A stretch of 64,000 bases of DNA, taken from contig CAIULK010000014.1 of NCBI GenBank assembly GCA_903899885.1, positions 18,362 through 82,361 of the forward strand, in the 5' to 3' direction. A program made the position numbers and the translations under genes. The stretch is from an uncultured Rhodospirillaceae bacterium (GTDB lineage Bacteria; Pseudomonadota; Alphaproteobacteria; Rhodospirillales; Magnetospirillaceae). The notes beneath the pieces were generated by a model that was not told the DNA's origin, made no database searches, and saw only the letters and a list, made by a program, of their open reading frames with translations. Positions 28,493 through 37,205 of the stretch are shown in pieces (the stretch's first letter is position 1; every line of letters starts with the position of its first letter).

Positions 28493-30375
28493 TCGCGGGT
28501 CTGATCATGACGGCCGCGCTGGCCGCCGGATTTGGCGCCCCCTTCGCCGCGCTTGGACCAGGCGCCGCCTTTGCTTCGGGCATGCTGCTGACCGTACTCG
28601 CCTTTTTCATCGCGACCGTCTTCGCCGGTCTCGGCCTCGGCGCGGCCGGATGGGCCGTCGCCGCGCTGGCCGCGGCCACCTTCGGCCTTGCGCTGTGGAC
28701 ACGGCCTTTGAAACCCGATGCCGTTTGGGCCCTTCATCCGGTCTGGTGGTTGTCGGCGCTGGTGATCGCGGTGGGATCGATCCACGGGGTTCCGCCTTAT
28801 GTCGCGGTCAATTGGGACGAGATGTCGGCCTGGGCCAAATGGCCGCTGCAAATGCTGGCCGCCGACGCGTGGTGGCGCCCGGACATGGAGATGATCCCGT
28901 TCCTCGCCGCCTATACCAAGGGCTGGCCGATCCTGGCGGCGGGCGTTACGCGTCTGCTCGGCCGCGACGATCTCGCGGTCGGCATCGGCGTCCTGACCTT
29001 TTGGAACATCAGCGTGTTGGCCGCCGCCTACGACTTGGCCCTGGTCCTGTTCGCGCGTCGAACCGCCTTGTCCGCCAACGCGATTCGGATAGTTGCCTGG
29101 GTGATTGTGCTGATCCTCGCGCTGGGCGAGGCGACATGGAAGCTGGTGCCCCACTCCTATCTGGTCGAACAGCCGGAGATCTACGCGGAAACCGCCTTCT
29201 TTATTCTTGGCGGTTTGGCGTCGCGGGGGCGTTCGGGCACCTTGGCCTTTGTCGCGGCGGGATTGGCGATGGCCGCCGGTTATGCGGTCAAGACACCGCT
29301 GGCGACCTTGGCCGTACCGGCTCTGGTCTTTCTTGCCGCCGTGCCCGGGCGGCGCTGGCGCCACGCCTGCGCGTTGTTCGCCCCCCTGGCCGTGGTCGCG
29401 GTCGGCTGGACGTTGGTGCGCTCGCACCAAACCAGCATTGCACATTTCAGTTTGGCCGATACGCTGGAGAACGGCTCGCTGGCACAGCTGTACACTGTTT
29501 TAGCGCTGCTGGCGCGGGCCTTTCCCGCTTATCTCGGGCTTTGGAAACTGCCGATGACCCTCTTGGGTGTTTCCGGACTTATATTCGCACTGCGGTCCCG
29601 GGACGAGGGACGGATCCTGACCTTGGCGATCGTCCTTTTCACCGCGTTCTTCTTTATTGGTCTTGTTCCGCTTTTTCTTTTCGTCATCCCTCCATTTCAC
29701 GGCGAGCTGCCGTCCTTTCCCCGTTACGTCAATGTTCCGCTCCGTGCCATTCACCTGCTGGGATGCCTGTTAGCGATGGCCGAACTGTCGCGGCTTGTGG
29801 AACGGTGGTCGCCGCCCGCTTTTTTGAAAAGCCGGCATCTCGCGGCGGCGATGATCGCCGGCATGGTGATTTTGATGGGAGCCCTGGGATGGCAGGTTTC
29901 CTCCAGCATGGCGGCGATGGCGGATCACCCCGATTTCGGCCGGGATGACTTCGCCTACGTGCGTGCGGTCACCACCAAGGCCGCGGCTCTCAAGCGGATC
30001 GTCGCCGGAATGGGCGGCGACGTTCCGAACATTGTCATCATCGACCAAGGCGGCGACGGATGGGCACAGATCATCGCGGCCTATATCGGCATTCGCGGCC
30101 CCGGTCCCGCCGCGACCACCGACATTAACGCCTTTCATATGATCGGTCCGTGGAGTTTCGGGCCGAAATCCCTCAATTCCTGGATGTTGCCGACGGACGA
30201 TGATTCGTTCGAGGCCGCGATGCGCAAGGCGGACATGATCTGGACCTACCGCCTCGACCCGTGGGCACGCGGCCAACTGGCGCGGCTGGCGCCCGACTGC
30301 GCCACCGACTTGGACGGGCGCCTTTTGGTGCGCGACGGCTCGGGCCATTATCGTTGCCGTGATTTTCTGGATTGA
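28489..30375 (+). CDS. Polytopic membrane protein, GT-C-like
   Basis: The GTG at 28489 overlaps the upstream stop. There are more than 12 TM segments, a loop motif 'VNWDEMSAWAKW' and a soluble C-terminal domain. Confidence 0.55.
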   Translation: MIAGLIMTAALAAGFGAPFAALGPGAAFASGMLLTVLAFFIATVFAGLGLGAAGWAVAALAAATFGLALWTRPLKPDAVWALHPVWWLSALVIAVGSIHGVPPYVAVNWDEMSAWAKWPLQMLAADAWWRPDMEMIPFLAAYTKGWPILAAGVTRLLGRDDLAVGIGVLTFWNISVLAAAYDLALVLFARRTALSANAIRIVAWVIVLILALGEATWKLVPHSYLVEQPEIYAETAFFILGGLASRGRSGTLAFVAAGLAMAAGYAVKTPLATLAVPALVFLAAVPGRRWRHACALFAPLAVVAVGWTLVRSHQTSIAHFSLADTLENGSLAQLYTVLALLARAFPAYLGLWKLPMTLLGVSGLIFALRSRDEGRILTLAIVLFTAFFFIGLVPLFLFVIPPFHGELPSFPRYVNVPLRAIHLLGCLLAMAELSRLVERWSPPAFLKSRHLAAAMIAGMVILMGALGWQVSSSMAAMADHPDFGRDDFAYVRAVTTKAAALKRIVAGMGGDVPNIVIIDQGGDGWAQIIAAYIGIRGPGPAATTDINAFHMIGPWSFGPKSLNSWMLPTDDDSFEAAMRKADMIWTYRLDPWARGQLARLAPDCATDLDGRLLVRDGSGHYRCRDFLD

Positions 30376-31306
30376 TGGGAAGGAACCCCCGTTGAGCAGC
30401 ACCCCTCCTTGCACTCTTTGCGGCGGCACCAGCGCCACCCTCTTGTTTCCGGGTAATATCGGCGAGGATATCGGCTCGCGATTTTCCCAATACGCCTATT
30501 ACGACGATATTTTCCGCTGCGATTCCTGCGGTCTCGTGGTTCAGCGCCGCCGCCATGATCTGGACGTGATCGCGGCGCTGCTCAAGGCCGAGAAATACCT
30601 GGACGAGGCCATCGGCACCCTCAACCTGATCGAGAAGCACGTCCAGTTCGAGGCCTTGATCCGTCTGATCGAGAAGCACCGCGGCCTGTCCGGCGTCCGT
30701 CTGCTGGACGTCGGCGCCAATACCGGCGTTTTTCTGAAGACCGTCAAGGACCGCGTCGGCACGGCCCGGGGCGTTGAACCGTCCCGCGAGGCGGCGGCAC
30801 AAGCGCGGTCCCAGGGCCTCGACGTTCAAGCGGGCCTGCTGGCCAACGCCGTTCTCGACGACCAAGCCTTCGACGTCATCACCCTGTTCGACGTGATCGA
30901 GCATCTGACCGATCCCGGGGCCGACCTCGCCACGCTGTTTCGCAAGCTCGCGCCCGGCGGCGCCATCTTCATCAGCACCCACGATATCGGAAGCCTACTG
31001 GCCCGCCTGTCCGGTCCGCACTATCCGATGCTGATGTATCAGCATTTCTATCATTTCACCCCGCGGACGCTGTCCGCGCTGCTGGAAAAAACCGGTTTCC
31101 GCGTCTTGGGTTACGACCGTTTCCTGAAGTCGTGGAGCGTCGAGTATCTCTACAACCTGATCGCCAAGAAATGGCCGGACTCCGGTCTCGCCCGGCGGTT
31201 CGAGGCCTTGCTGTCGCCGCTCTTGCGAGTACCCGCCATCCGCCGGGCCCGTATCACCTCGCCGCAGCGCGATTTCTTTCTTCTGGCGGCGGAAAAGCCC
31301 CGTTAG
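30359..31306 (+). CDS. Class I SAM-dependent methyltransferase with an N-terminal Cys4 zinc-ribbon
   Basis: The Cys pairs 'CTLCGG...CDSCG' and motif I 'LLDVGANTGVF' are present. The likelier start is the TTG at 30392, preceded by GAAGGA. Confidence 0.8.
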   Translation: MIFWIDGKEPPLSSTPPCTLCGGTSATLLFPGNIGEDIGSRFSQYAYYDDIFRCDSCGLVVQRRRHDLDVIAALLKAEKYLDEAIGTLNLIEKHVQFEALIRLIEKHRGLSGVRLLDVGANTGVFLKTVKDRVGTARGVEPSREAAAQARSQGLDVQAGLLANAVLDDQAFDVITLFDVIEHLTDPGADLATLFRKLAPGGAIFISTHDIGSLLARLSGPHYPMLMYQHFYHFTPRTLSALLEKTGFRVLGYDRFLKSWSVEYLYNLIAKKWPDSGLARRFEALLSPLLRVPAIRRARITSPQRDFFLLAAEKPR

Positions 31307-31318
31307 GGAGTCCCACCC

Positions 31319-32017
31319 CTATTCCCAACGCTTGGCTGGCAACGGAAGATCGGTGACGAAAATGCCGAAGGACATGCGGTCGTCGCGGTAAATGTTCGGA
31401 GCCGGCAAACCGTGTCGCGAAGCGACGGCCGCGATCTCCCCGACCGTGTGATATTGTGGCACATACCCCGCGCAGCGATGACCATACGAGAGATGAACGT
31501 AAAGGCGATGAATCATCTGTTGCAAGGACCGCCGCCTTTCGGCGATGGCATGAAAGTAATGTCCCTCACACCCGGCTCGGAAGACATGGTCGATTTCCGC
31601 CGGTGTCAGCCAATCAAACAGCCCGAGCGAAAAGATGACGGCCGCCCCCAAGGGCGGCAACCCGCTCACCGGACCGGCCTCGAACCGAATGGCCTCGGCA
31701 TGGCGCGAGGCGGCAACCCGCTCCCTGGCCCGGGCGATCGCCTTCTCCGAGATGTCGATGCCGCGATAACCGCGCGCACCCAGGTCCATTAGCTGTTCCG
31801 CCAGCAGGCCCGAACCGCACCCCAATTCGACCACGTCCCGGCCGGCGATCGACGGAGCCAGCAACGCGACGGCGGCGCGAATACGGAACCGCAGCGATGA
31901 CGAGGCCCGTCCGGCGATTTTTTCCATCCATCCGCGCGAACGATCGCCATAGCGGCTGTCTTCCCAGCCGAGGATTTTCTCTTCCCAGAATATCTTGGGG
32001 TCGATCGCTTCCGTCAT
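31319..32017 (-). CDS. Class I SAM-dependent methyltransferase
   Basis: Motif I 'VVELGCGSGLLAEQL' is present. The start overlaps the upstream stop (ATGA). Confidence 0.8.
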   Translation of the reverse strand: MTEAIDPKIFWEEKILGWEDSRYGDRSRGWMEKIAGRASSSLRFRIRAAVALLAPSIAGRDVVELGCGSGLLAEQLMDLGARGYRGIDISEKAIARARERVAASRHAEAIRFEAGPVSGLPPLGAAVIFSLGLFDWLTPAEIDHVFRAGCEGHYFHAIAERRRSLQQMIHRLYVHLSYGHRCAGYVPQYHTVGEIAAVASRHGLPAPNIYRDDRMSFGIFVTDLPLPAKRWE

Positions 32018-34029
32018 GGGCTCTTGATCCTGCCGAAGGGAGTGACATCAATGCGTTCACGACCATCGACGGTCGTGAGGGCACCGTTCAGCCGTATCCC
32101 GGAGACGGTCGCGAACGGAACGGGCAACTCGGTTCGCCAGGGCGTGCGAACCGGATTATTCTGGCTTCCCAGGCGGCCATCGACCAACCTCCCCTCGGCC
32201 AAGGTCCGCCCATCGGCATCCATCAAGCCTATGCTCGGATGATCAAGGGCCAACATATCGCTTGGATAGCCGGTATAGCCCCTCAACTGGGTGGAGGTCA
32301 GGGTCACCAGGGTTCCGCCATCCGCCGCCGCCACCACGTCCAGGCCCGCGCAGAATCGAAACCCGTCCGCCGTCCGGCGGATGACGAGACGCGCCCCCTC
32401 GCCCAACGGCACGGTTTCCACGCCATCCGCCACCATGTGCCGGCAGACCGCGTTGACCGCGTCTTCAACGGGGAACGGATGATAGGGATTATCGACATTG
32501 CGCCAGCAATTACCGTGCGGCAAACGGTAGCCGATGGTCCAGCCGCCCTCCGGCGACGGCTTGCTCCAAAGCCGCTCCACCGGTTCGATGCCGGAGGTCT
32601 GTTCGAGAGCTTGGAGGGCCTGCTCGGCGGCCTGTTCACCGCCCACGGGCAGCAGGGCGACACATGAGCCATCGTCACGCCCTTTCGACGGCTCGTTTTC
32701 GAGAAGATAATCCATGTAAACTTGGGTTGTCCCCAGCACCATGACCCGCTCGCGCACGGCGGCGGGATCGAGGCCCGCGCGGGTCAGCGACAGAACGGCG
32801 CGCTGTACCGGCTCTGGCCAATCGCCATGCGCGCGGACGGGCCAAGCGAACAGCGCCGACCACCCCAGGGCCGACACGACAACCGACACCGCCGCCAGGG
32901 CGGCAACGGGCTTGCCCCGGCGTTCGATCCAATCCAACGCGGCGGCGGCGGCGGCGGCGGCCATCATGACCAAGGGAACCGTCAGCGGGGTCGCGTAGCG
33001 CAGGTAGATCGTGGAATTGCGATTGACGACCAGCAGCACCGAAATGACAAGAACAACGATGGCCAGCGCTAGGAACGCGCGGCGCTCCTCCGATGCCGCC
33101 GCCAACCGTGCCCGCCACGCCAACGGATTGACGCCGAGCCGGATCCCAACCGCCGCCAGCACCGTCGCGACGAAGAGTCCGGCCAGTCCGGTCCAGGCGG
33201 CGGCCCGGACAAGGCGGGCCGGAATTCCCGGGGGCAATGCGGTCAGGTCGCTGTCCGGACTGCCCAGGATCGCGGTTAAGGCGCGTAGAAGATCAAGGAA
33301 ATGCGGCTTACTGATTGGCGGCTGTCCTTGGCCCTGGAATATCAACACCGTATTGGTCCAACCATCCCGCCAATCGGTCAGGATATAAGGGGCCAGCACC
33401 GCCACTCCCACCAGCAAGGCGGCCACGCCGTGGCGCGGCCGCACTCCCCGCGCGGTCAAGACGGCGGCCACGATGCAGCCCAAGGCGAGGGCCAAGTTCG
33501 ACAGATGAACCTGAACCGCGATCGACACCGCGAACACCAGCAAGGGCAAGGCCCAACCGCGCCCCTGGGCCAACCGCACCAAGGCAATCATCGCCAGACC
33601 GACCAGAGGGATGCTGAGGGCAGGATTCCACACCTGGACGGTCAAACCGGCAATCGCCGGAGACGACAGCAGAAGCAGCGGGGCAATCATCGCCGCGCGG
33701 GCGCCCCACAGGCCGCGAACCTGAATCGCCACCGCCAACAACACGGCCGCCAGCAGCGCGAACTGCGCCAGCTTCACCGAAGGCGGATCGCCCCCTCCCA
33801 GCATCAACAACCGCAACAGCAAATAATAGGCGCCGCCGGGAACGCGCGCCATGTAGGTGCCGTTCATCTCGGCCCCGGTGGTGGGAAACAAGGTCCAGGG
33901 GGACGCGGCCCGCAAAAGATCGCGGTCGCTCCAGATGGTGTAGGTCAAGTGGCTGCTGGCGGCGGCGGCAAGACCGACGGCAAGGGCGAGCGACGTGGCG
34001 AGAATCACCTGGATTAAACGGCGGAGCAT
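32014..34029 (-). CDS. GT-C fold membrane glycosyltransferase (family 39/ArnT-like) with a C-terminal periplasmic domain
   Basis: The first loop reads 'IWSDRDLLRAASPW'. There are about 12 TM segments and a roughly 250-aa soluble C-terminus. The ATG at 34029 overlaps the gtrA-like stop. Confidence 0.7.
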   Translation of the reverse strand: MLRRLIQVILATSLALAVGLAAAASSHLTYTIWSDRDLLRAASPWTLFPTTGAEMNGTYMARVPGGAYYLLLRLLMLGGGDPPSVKLAQFALLAAVLLAVAIQVRGLWGARAAMIAPLLLLSSPAIAGLTVQVWNPALSIPLVGLAMIALVRLAQGRGWALPLLVFAVSIAVQVHLSNLALALGCIVAAVLTARGVRPRHGVAALLVGVAVLAPYILTDWRDGWTNTVLIFQGQGQPPISKPHFLDLLRALTAILGSPDSDLTALPPGIPARLVRAAAWTGLAGLFVATVLAAVGIRLGVNPLAWRARLAAASEERRAFLALAIVVLVISVLLVVNRNSTIYLRYATPLTVPLVMMAAAAAAAALDWIERRGKPVAALAAVSVVVSALGWSALFAWPVRAHGDWPEPVQRAVLSLTRAGLDPAAVRERVMVLGTTQVYMDYLLENEPSKGRDDGSCVALLPVGGEQAAEQALQALEQTSGIEPVERLWSKPSPEGGWTIGYRLPHGNCWRNVDNPYHPFPVEDAVNAVCRHMVADGVETVPLGEGARLVIRRTADGFRFCAGLDVVAAADGGTLVTLTSTQLRGYTGYPSDMLALDHPSIGLMDADGRTLAEGRLVDGRLGSQNNPVRTPWRTELPVPFATVSGIRLNGALTTVDGRERIDVTPFGRIKSP

Positions 34030-34466
34030 CACGGCGGAACGCTCCTTCCGGAAAGCGAGGCAAGCAACGCGGTCAGCCCGCCGCGCTGGTGATATACGTA
34101 CGCGTGCATCATCAAGTAATTCAGCAGGAAACAAAGGACATCGGTCACCAATTTAGCCGGATAGGCGGGAACCGCGAGAACCTCGTGCAAACCACTGAAA
34201 AGGGCGACGGATAGGCCATAACTAACGGCATACAGCACCAGGAACCGCCGCCCCTGCTGCGTCAGGGCGATATGACGTTTTTCACCCCAGGTCCAATAGC
34301 GGTTGCTGAAGAACGACACCACGCCGCCGACTAGGCGGGCTATCATCAAACTTTCCAGATGGGGCGCCCCCAGCAACGAGATCAGGACGGAAAACGCCAG
34401 CCAGTCTCCGCCCGCCGCCAGAACCGCCACCGAGACATAGCGGCTGAAATGGGTCAAGCGGATCAT
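34029..34466 (-). CDS. GtrA-family small membrane protein
   Basis: It is 145 aa with four helices and carries 'VVSFFSNRYWTWG'. Confidence 0.85.
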   Translation of the reverse strand: MIRLTHFSRYVSVAVLAAGGDWLAFSVLISLLGAPHLESLMIARLVGGVVSFFSNRYWTWGEKRHIALTQQGRRFLVLYAVSYGLSVALFSGLHEVLAVPAYPAKLVTDVLCFLLNYLMMHAYVYHQRGGLTALLASLSGRSVPP

Positions 34467-35557
34467 GCGCGGCCCCCCCCGGCCACGGCCAGGATCAGCT
34501 CGGCCGATCGCGGCGAGCCACTGACGATTTCCGAACCGAGGGCCCGGTAGCCGTCACGGAAGCGATCAATGCGGCCAACCGCTTCTTCCAGGGCCGCTTC
34601 CAAACGGTCCTCGGCGGCACTCATGCCGATACCGAGGTGAGCGATCGTGCGGCCGTTCACCCATTGCTCGGAATGACGGGGGACGGGAATAACCACCAAC
34701 GGCTTTTGCAACCGCATAACCTCGCTGACGGCACTGAAGCCGCCGTTGACGACAACCAGATCGGCCTGGGCCAACAACGGCAGCGAATTGCGCAATTTAC
34801 CGTGGAAGGTCACGTTGGCCGCCATCTTGCCTTCCGCCGGTTCCGAACGGCCGATGACGTCGATTTGCAGATTGGAATGAGAGCGGGCCAAATGAACCTG
34901 GCTGCCGAAGGCTGATCCGGACAACATGATCACCACCCGCCGGGGCGGTCCCTCGGACAGAGGAACTGGCCGGCATTCCCGACGCACGATCAATCCGACC
35001 CGGCGAAAAGTCCCTCCCTGATCCTGGTCGGCGGGATCAAGGCGAGGACTTAACACCAGATCGGGGACGAAGCGGTGATACAGATAATCCAGGCACTCGA
35101 TGCAGGTGAACTGCGGCAGGACCGACACGGGCCAGTCGGTGAAGCGCCGCATCCCCCGCACAACCATGTCGGAATTGTTGAGCGCGACCAGTTTCAACCC
35201 GGCCCGTCGAACTGGCCGGAAGCTGTAGGTGGAATCGGTGACGACGGCATCGGGACGGAAACGTTCAATAACGCCGCTGATGATGCTATCGGCGGCGGCC
35301 AGCGTGGCGCGCATTTCACCGGCCATGCTCAGTGTCGCCGACACGCTGATATGACCGTCCTTCTTGCCGTAACGCAGCGATGAGATCTTGGTCAACCGGC
35401 CGATTTCGGGCTTGTCGGCGAAGTACCATTCGCCATTGTCCGACGTCACCACCTCGATTTCGGCGCCGCGTTCGATCAGCTCTTGCATGATCGCGTGGCA
35501 GCGGGTCGAATTCCCGAGGCCAAGGCCGTTCACCAGAAAAAGAATCCGTCGGCTCAT
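34463..35557 (-). CDS. GT-B glycosyltransferase, MurG/GT28-like
   Basis: The N-terminal motif 'ILFLVNGLGLGNSTRCHAIMQEL' and the C-terminal motif 'LVVVNGGFSAVSEVMRLQKPLVVIP' are present. The 510-aa ORF-track version is an upstream extension. Confidence 0.7.
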   Translation of the reverse strand: MSRRILFLVNGLGLGNSTRCHAIMQELIERGAEIEVVTSDNGEWYFADKPEIGRLTKISSLRYGKKDGHISVSATLSMAGEMRATLAAADSIISGVIERFRPDAVVTDSTYSFRPVRRAGLKLVALNNSDMVVRGMRRFTDWPVSVLPQFTCIECLDYLYHRFVPDLVLSPRLDPADQDQGGTFRRVGLIVRRECRPVPLSEGPPRRVVIMLSGSAFGSQVHLARSHSNLQIDVIGRSEPAEGKMAANVTFHGKLRNSLPLLAQADLVVVNGGFSAVSEVMRLQKPLVVIPVPRHSEQWVNGRTIAHLGIGMSAAEDRLEAALEEAVGRIDRFRDGYRALGSEIVSGSPRSAELILAVAGGGRA

Positions 35558-36150
35558 GACATCACCAGCATATGCACATCGCTGTACGGAAAGACCCGGC
35601 GGCTGTTCGTCAGCCGCAAGCCGTTGGCCGCACCCAAGGCGGCGATGACATCGCCTGGGTAAAGACGCACGGTAAAGCCGTGTCGGCGATGAAACCGGCG
35701 ATACAACCGGCCCGCGGCGTTTTCGGGCGGGACCAAGACCACCAACCGGCCGTCCGGTTTGAGATGGCGCCGGGCGTTGGCCAGAACCGCCCCCGGATCG
35801 GCGACGAATTCCATGAGACCGGCGGCGACCACAATATCGAATCTTTGCTCCACCGCGACGGTTGCCGCATCCCCCGCGACGGGTGTGACGGCGGGATCCC
35901 CGATGGCGGCCAGCATCGACGGCGAGGCATCGACGGCCACCACCGGACACGCGCCGGCGGCAACGAAACGGCGCGCATAGTAACCCGTGCCGCATCCCAG
36001 ATCGAGTACGGCCCGCCCCCCGGCATCACCGGCCAACGCCATCACGGCCGCCGCCTCGCGCCCGCGTTGCCAAGCCCATACCCCGCGCTCGGCCCGCTGC
36101 CGGTAGGCGGCGGCACGACTTTCGAAATATGCGATGGGAGCGTCATCCAC
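35554..36150 (-). CDS. Class I SAM-dependent methyltransferase
   Basis: Motif I 'VLDLGCGTGYYARRF' is present. Confidence 0.8.
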   Translation of the reverse strand: MDDAPIAYFESRAAAYRQRAERGVWAWQRGREAAAVMALAGDAGGRAVLDLGCGTGYYARRFVAAGACPVVAVDASPSMLAAIGDPAVTPVAGDAATVAVEQRFDIVVAAGLMEFVADPGAVLANARRHLKPDGRLVVLVPPENAAGRLYRRFHRRHGFTVRLYPGDVIAALGAANGLRLTNSRRVFPYSDVHMLVMS

Positions 36151-37045
36151 GTCGGCGCCCCCTCCCCCGAAAAGACCGCCGGATCGCCATCGAAACCCAC
36201 GCGAGGCACACCGCCAAGGCCAAGGCGGCGACCTTCGTGGTCAAGACTCGCGGATCGTGCCGAGACCCCGGCCCATAAACCGCCCAGCCGATGATGATGT
36301 CGTTCCTCAACGCGACCGCAAGGAATCCGGTCGGACGCAAGTTGACCACGGGCTGATCGAGCAGACGGCTGACGAACATATAGTCCTCGGTCGTTGGCCC
36401 GCGTCCCTTGCTCCGCATGACCGCGTCAAACGGACCGTAATCGACGACCACATCGTCTTCGGCGCCGTCGTTCCGCCGCCGCAACACCTCCGCCATATCG
36501 AGAGGGCGGCCCGCCTTATCGGTGATGACGGCCGCGTGCTGTCCGTCCACCAACTGCCAGCGGCCCGTCGCGGGATTGAGAAACTCCACCATCGAGTGAC
36601 CCATCCCCGGCGGCCAGCCTGGCGGAAGAAGCCACCACTCGCGGGTCTTCAAGCCCTGGGCCCAGGCGGAAATCTCGAACAGCAAGGTCCCGTCGGTGCA
36701 CTGCATCGACACCGATTTCATCAGCGCGACCCAACCGGCGAAATCGGTGACGTCGGGCCGCGGGCCCATTGCACGGAACGGACTGAGTGCTTGTATGTCG
36801 CTTAAGCCCTGACGCAGGCCGTCCGCGGTAGTGAGGTCGGCACGAGTGGGAATGAAATCGCCCCGGGCGGCCATCGGCGTCGGCACCGAGAAAGGCCCCT
36901 GGTACAGAATCGACACGGCGGACATCGGCAGCGGCATGAACCGCAGGAAATAGCGCTCGTGGAACAGCCACGTGGACAATCCGACGATAAGCGCCAAAAG
37001 AATGAGGATCAGCCCCATCCGTTCCAATTTCAGCGCCCGCGTCAT
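36143..37045 (-). CDS. Membrane-anchored transglutaminase-like (Cys-His-Asp) domain protein
   Basis: It has N- and C-terminal TM helices. A candidate triad is seen in 'MQCTDG', 'GHSMVEF' and 'QLVDGQ', with the spacing expected for transglutaminase-like cores. Confidence 0.45.
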   Translation of the reverse strand: MTRALKLERMGLILILLALIVGLSTWLFHERYFLRFMPLPMSAVSILYQGPFSVPTPMAARGDFIPTRADLTTADGLRQGLSDIQALSPFRAMGPRPDVTDFAGWVALMKSVSMQCTDGTLLFEISAWAQGLKTREWWLLPPGWPPGMGHSMVEFLNPATGRWQLVDGQHAAVITDKAGRPLDMAEVLRRRNDGAEDDVVVDYGPFDAVMRSKGRGPTTEDYMFVSRLLDQPVVNLRPTGFLAVALRNDIIIGWAVYGPGSRHDPRVLTTKVAALALAVCLAWVSMAIRRSFRGRGRRRG

Positions 37046-37205
37046 CGCCCCCTCACCTCAAAACCGTCGAGCCGCCGACGCGGCGAACATTAACCCTCTC
37101 AAACAACGGGCGAAAGTGAAATTTCGGTGAGGGCTGGGCGATTTCGGGCAGTATCGCCGTATTCTGGCTCAAGTCGAGTTTCCGTTCCGCTGCCGCCCAG
37201 ACCCC

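Noticed and set aside
32938-32962. A (GCG)n trinucleotide run encoding poly-Ala ('MMAAAAAAALDW') in the GT39-like gene.
   Set aside because: It is in frame, short and lies inside a TM/loop region. Such Ala-codon runs are common in GC-rich genomes. I see no evidence of function.
37046-37205. The 160-nt gap downstream of the B12-radical-SAM gene, examined for a cobalamin riboswitch or a terminator. It contains an 8-bp CCCTCACC...GGTGAGGG pairing about 70 nt apart.
   Set aside because: I could not recognise a B12-box-like core, and the long-range pairing alone is not diagnostic. It may hold an internal promoter or a processing site, but I cannot support a specific RNA element by eye. A covariance-model scan would settle it.
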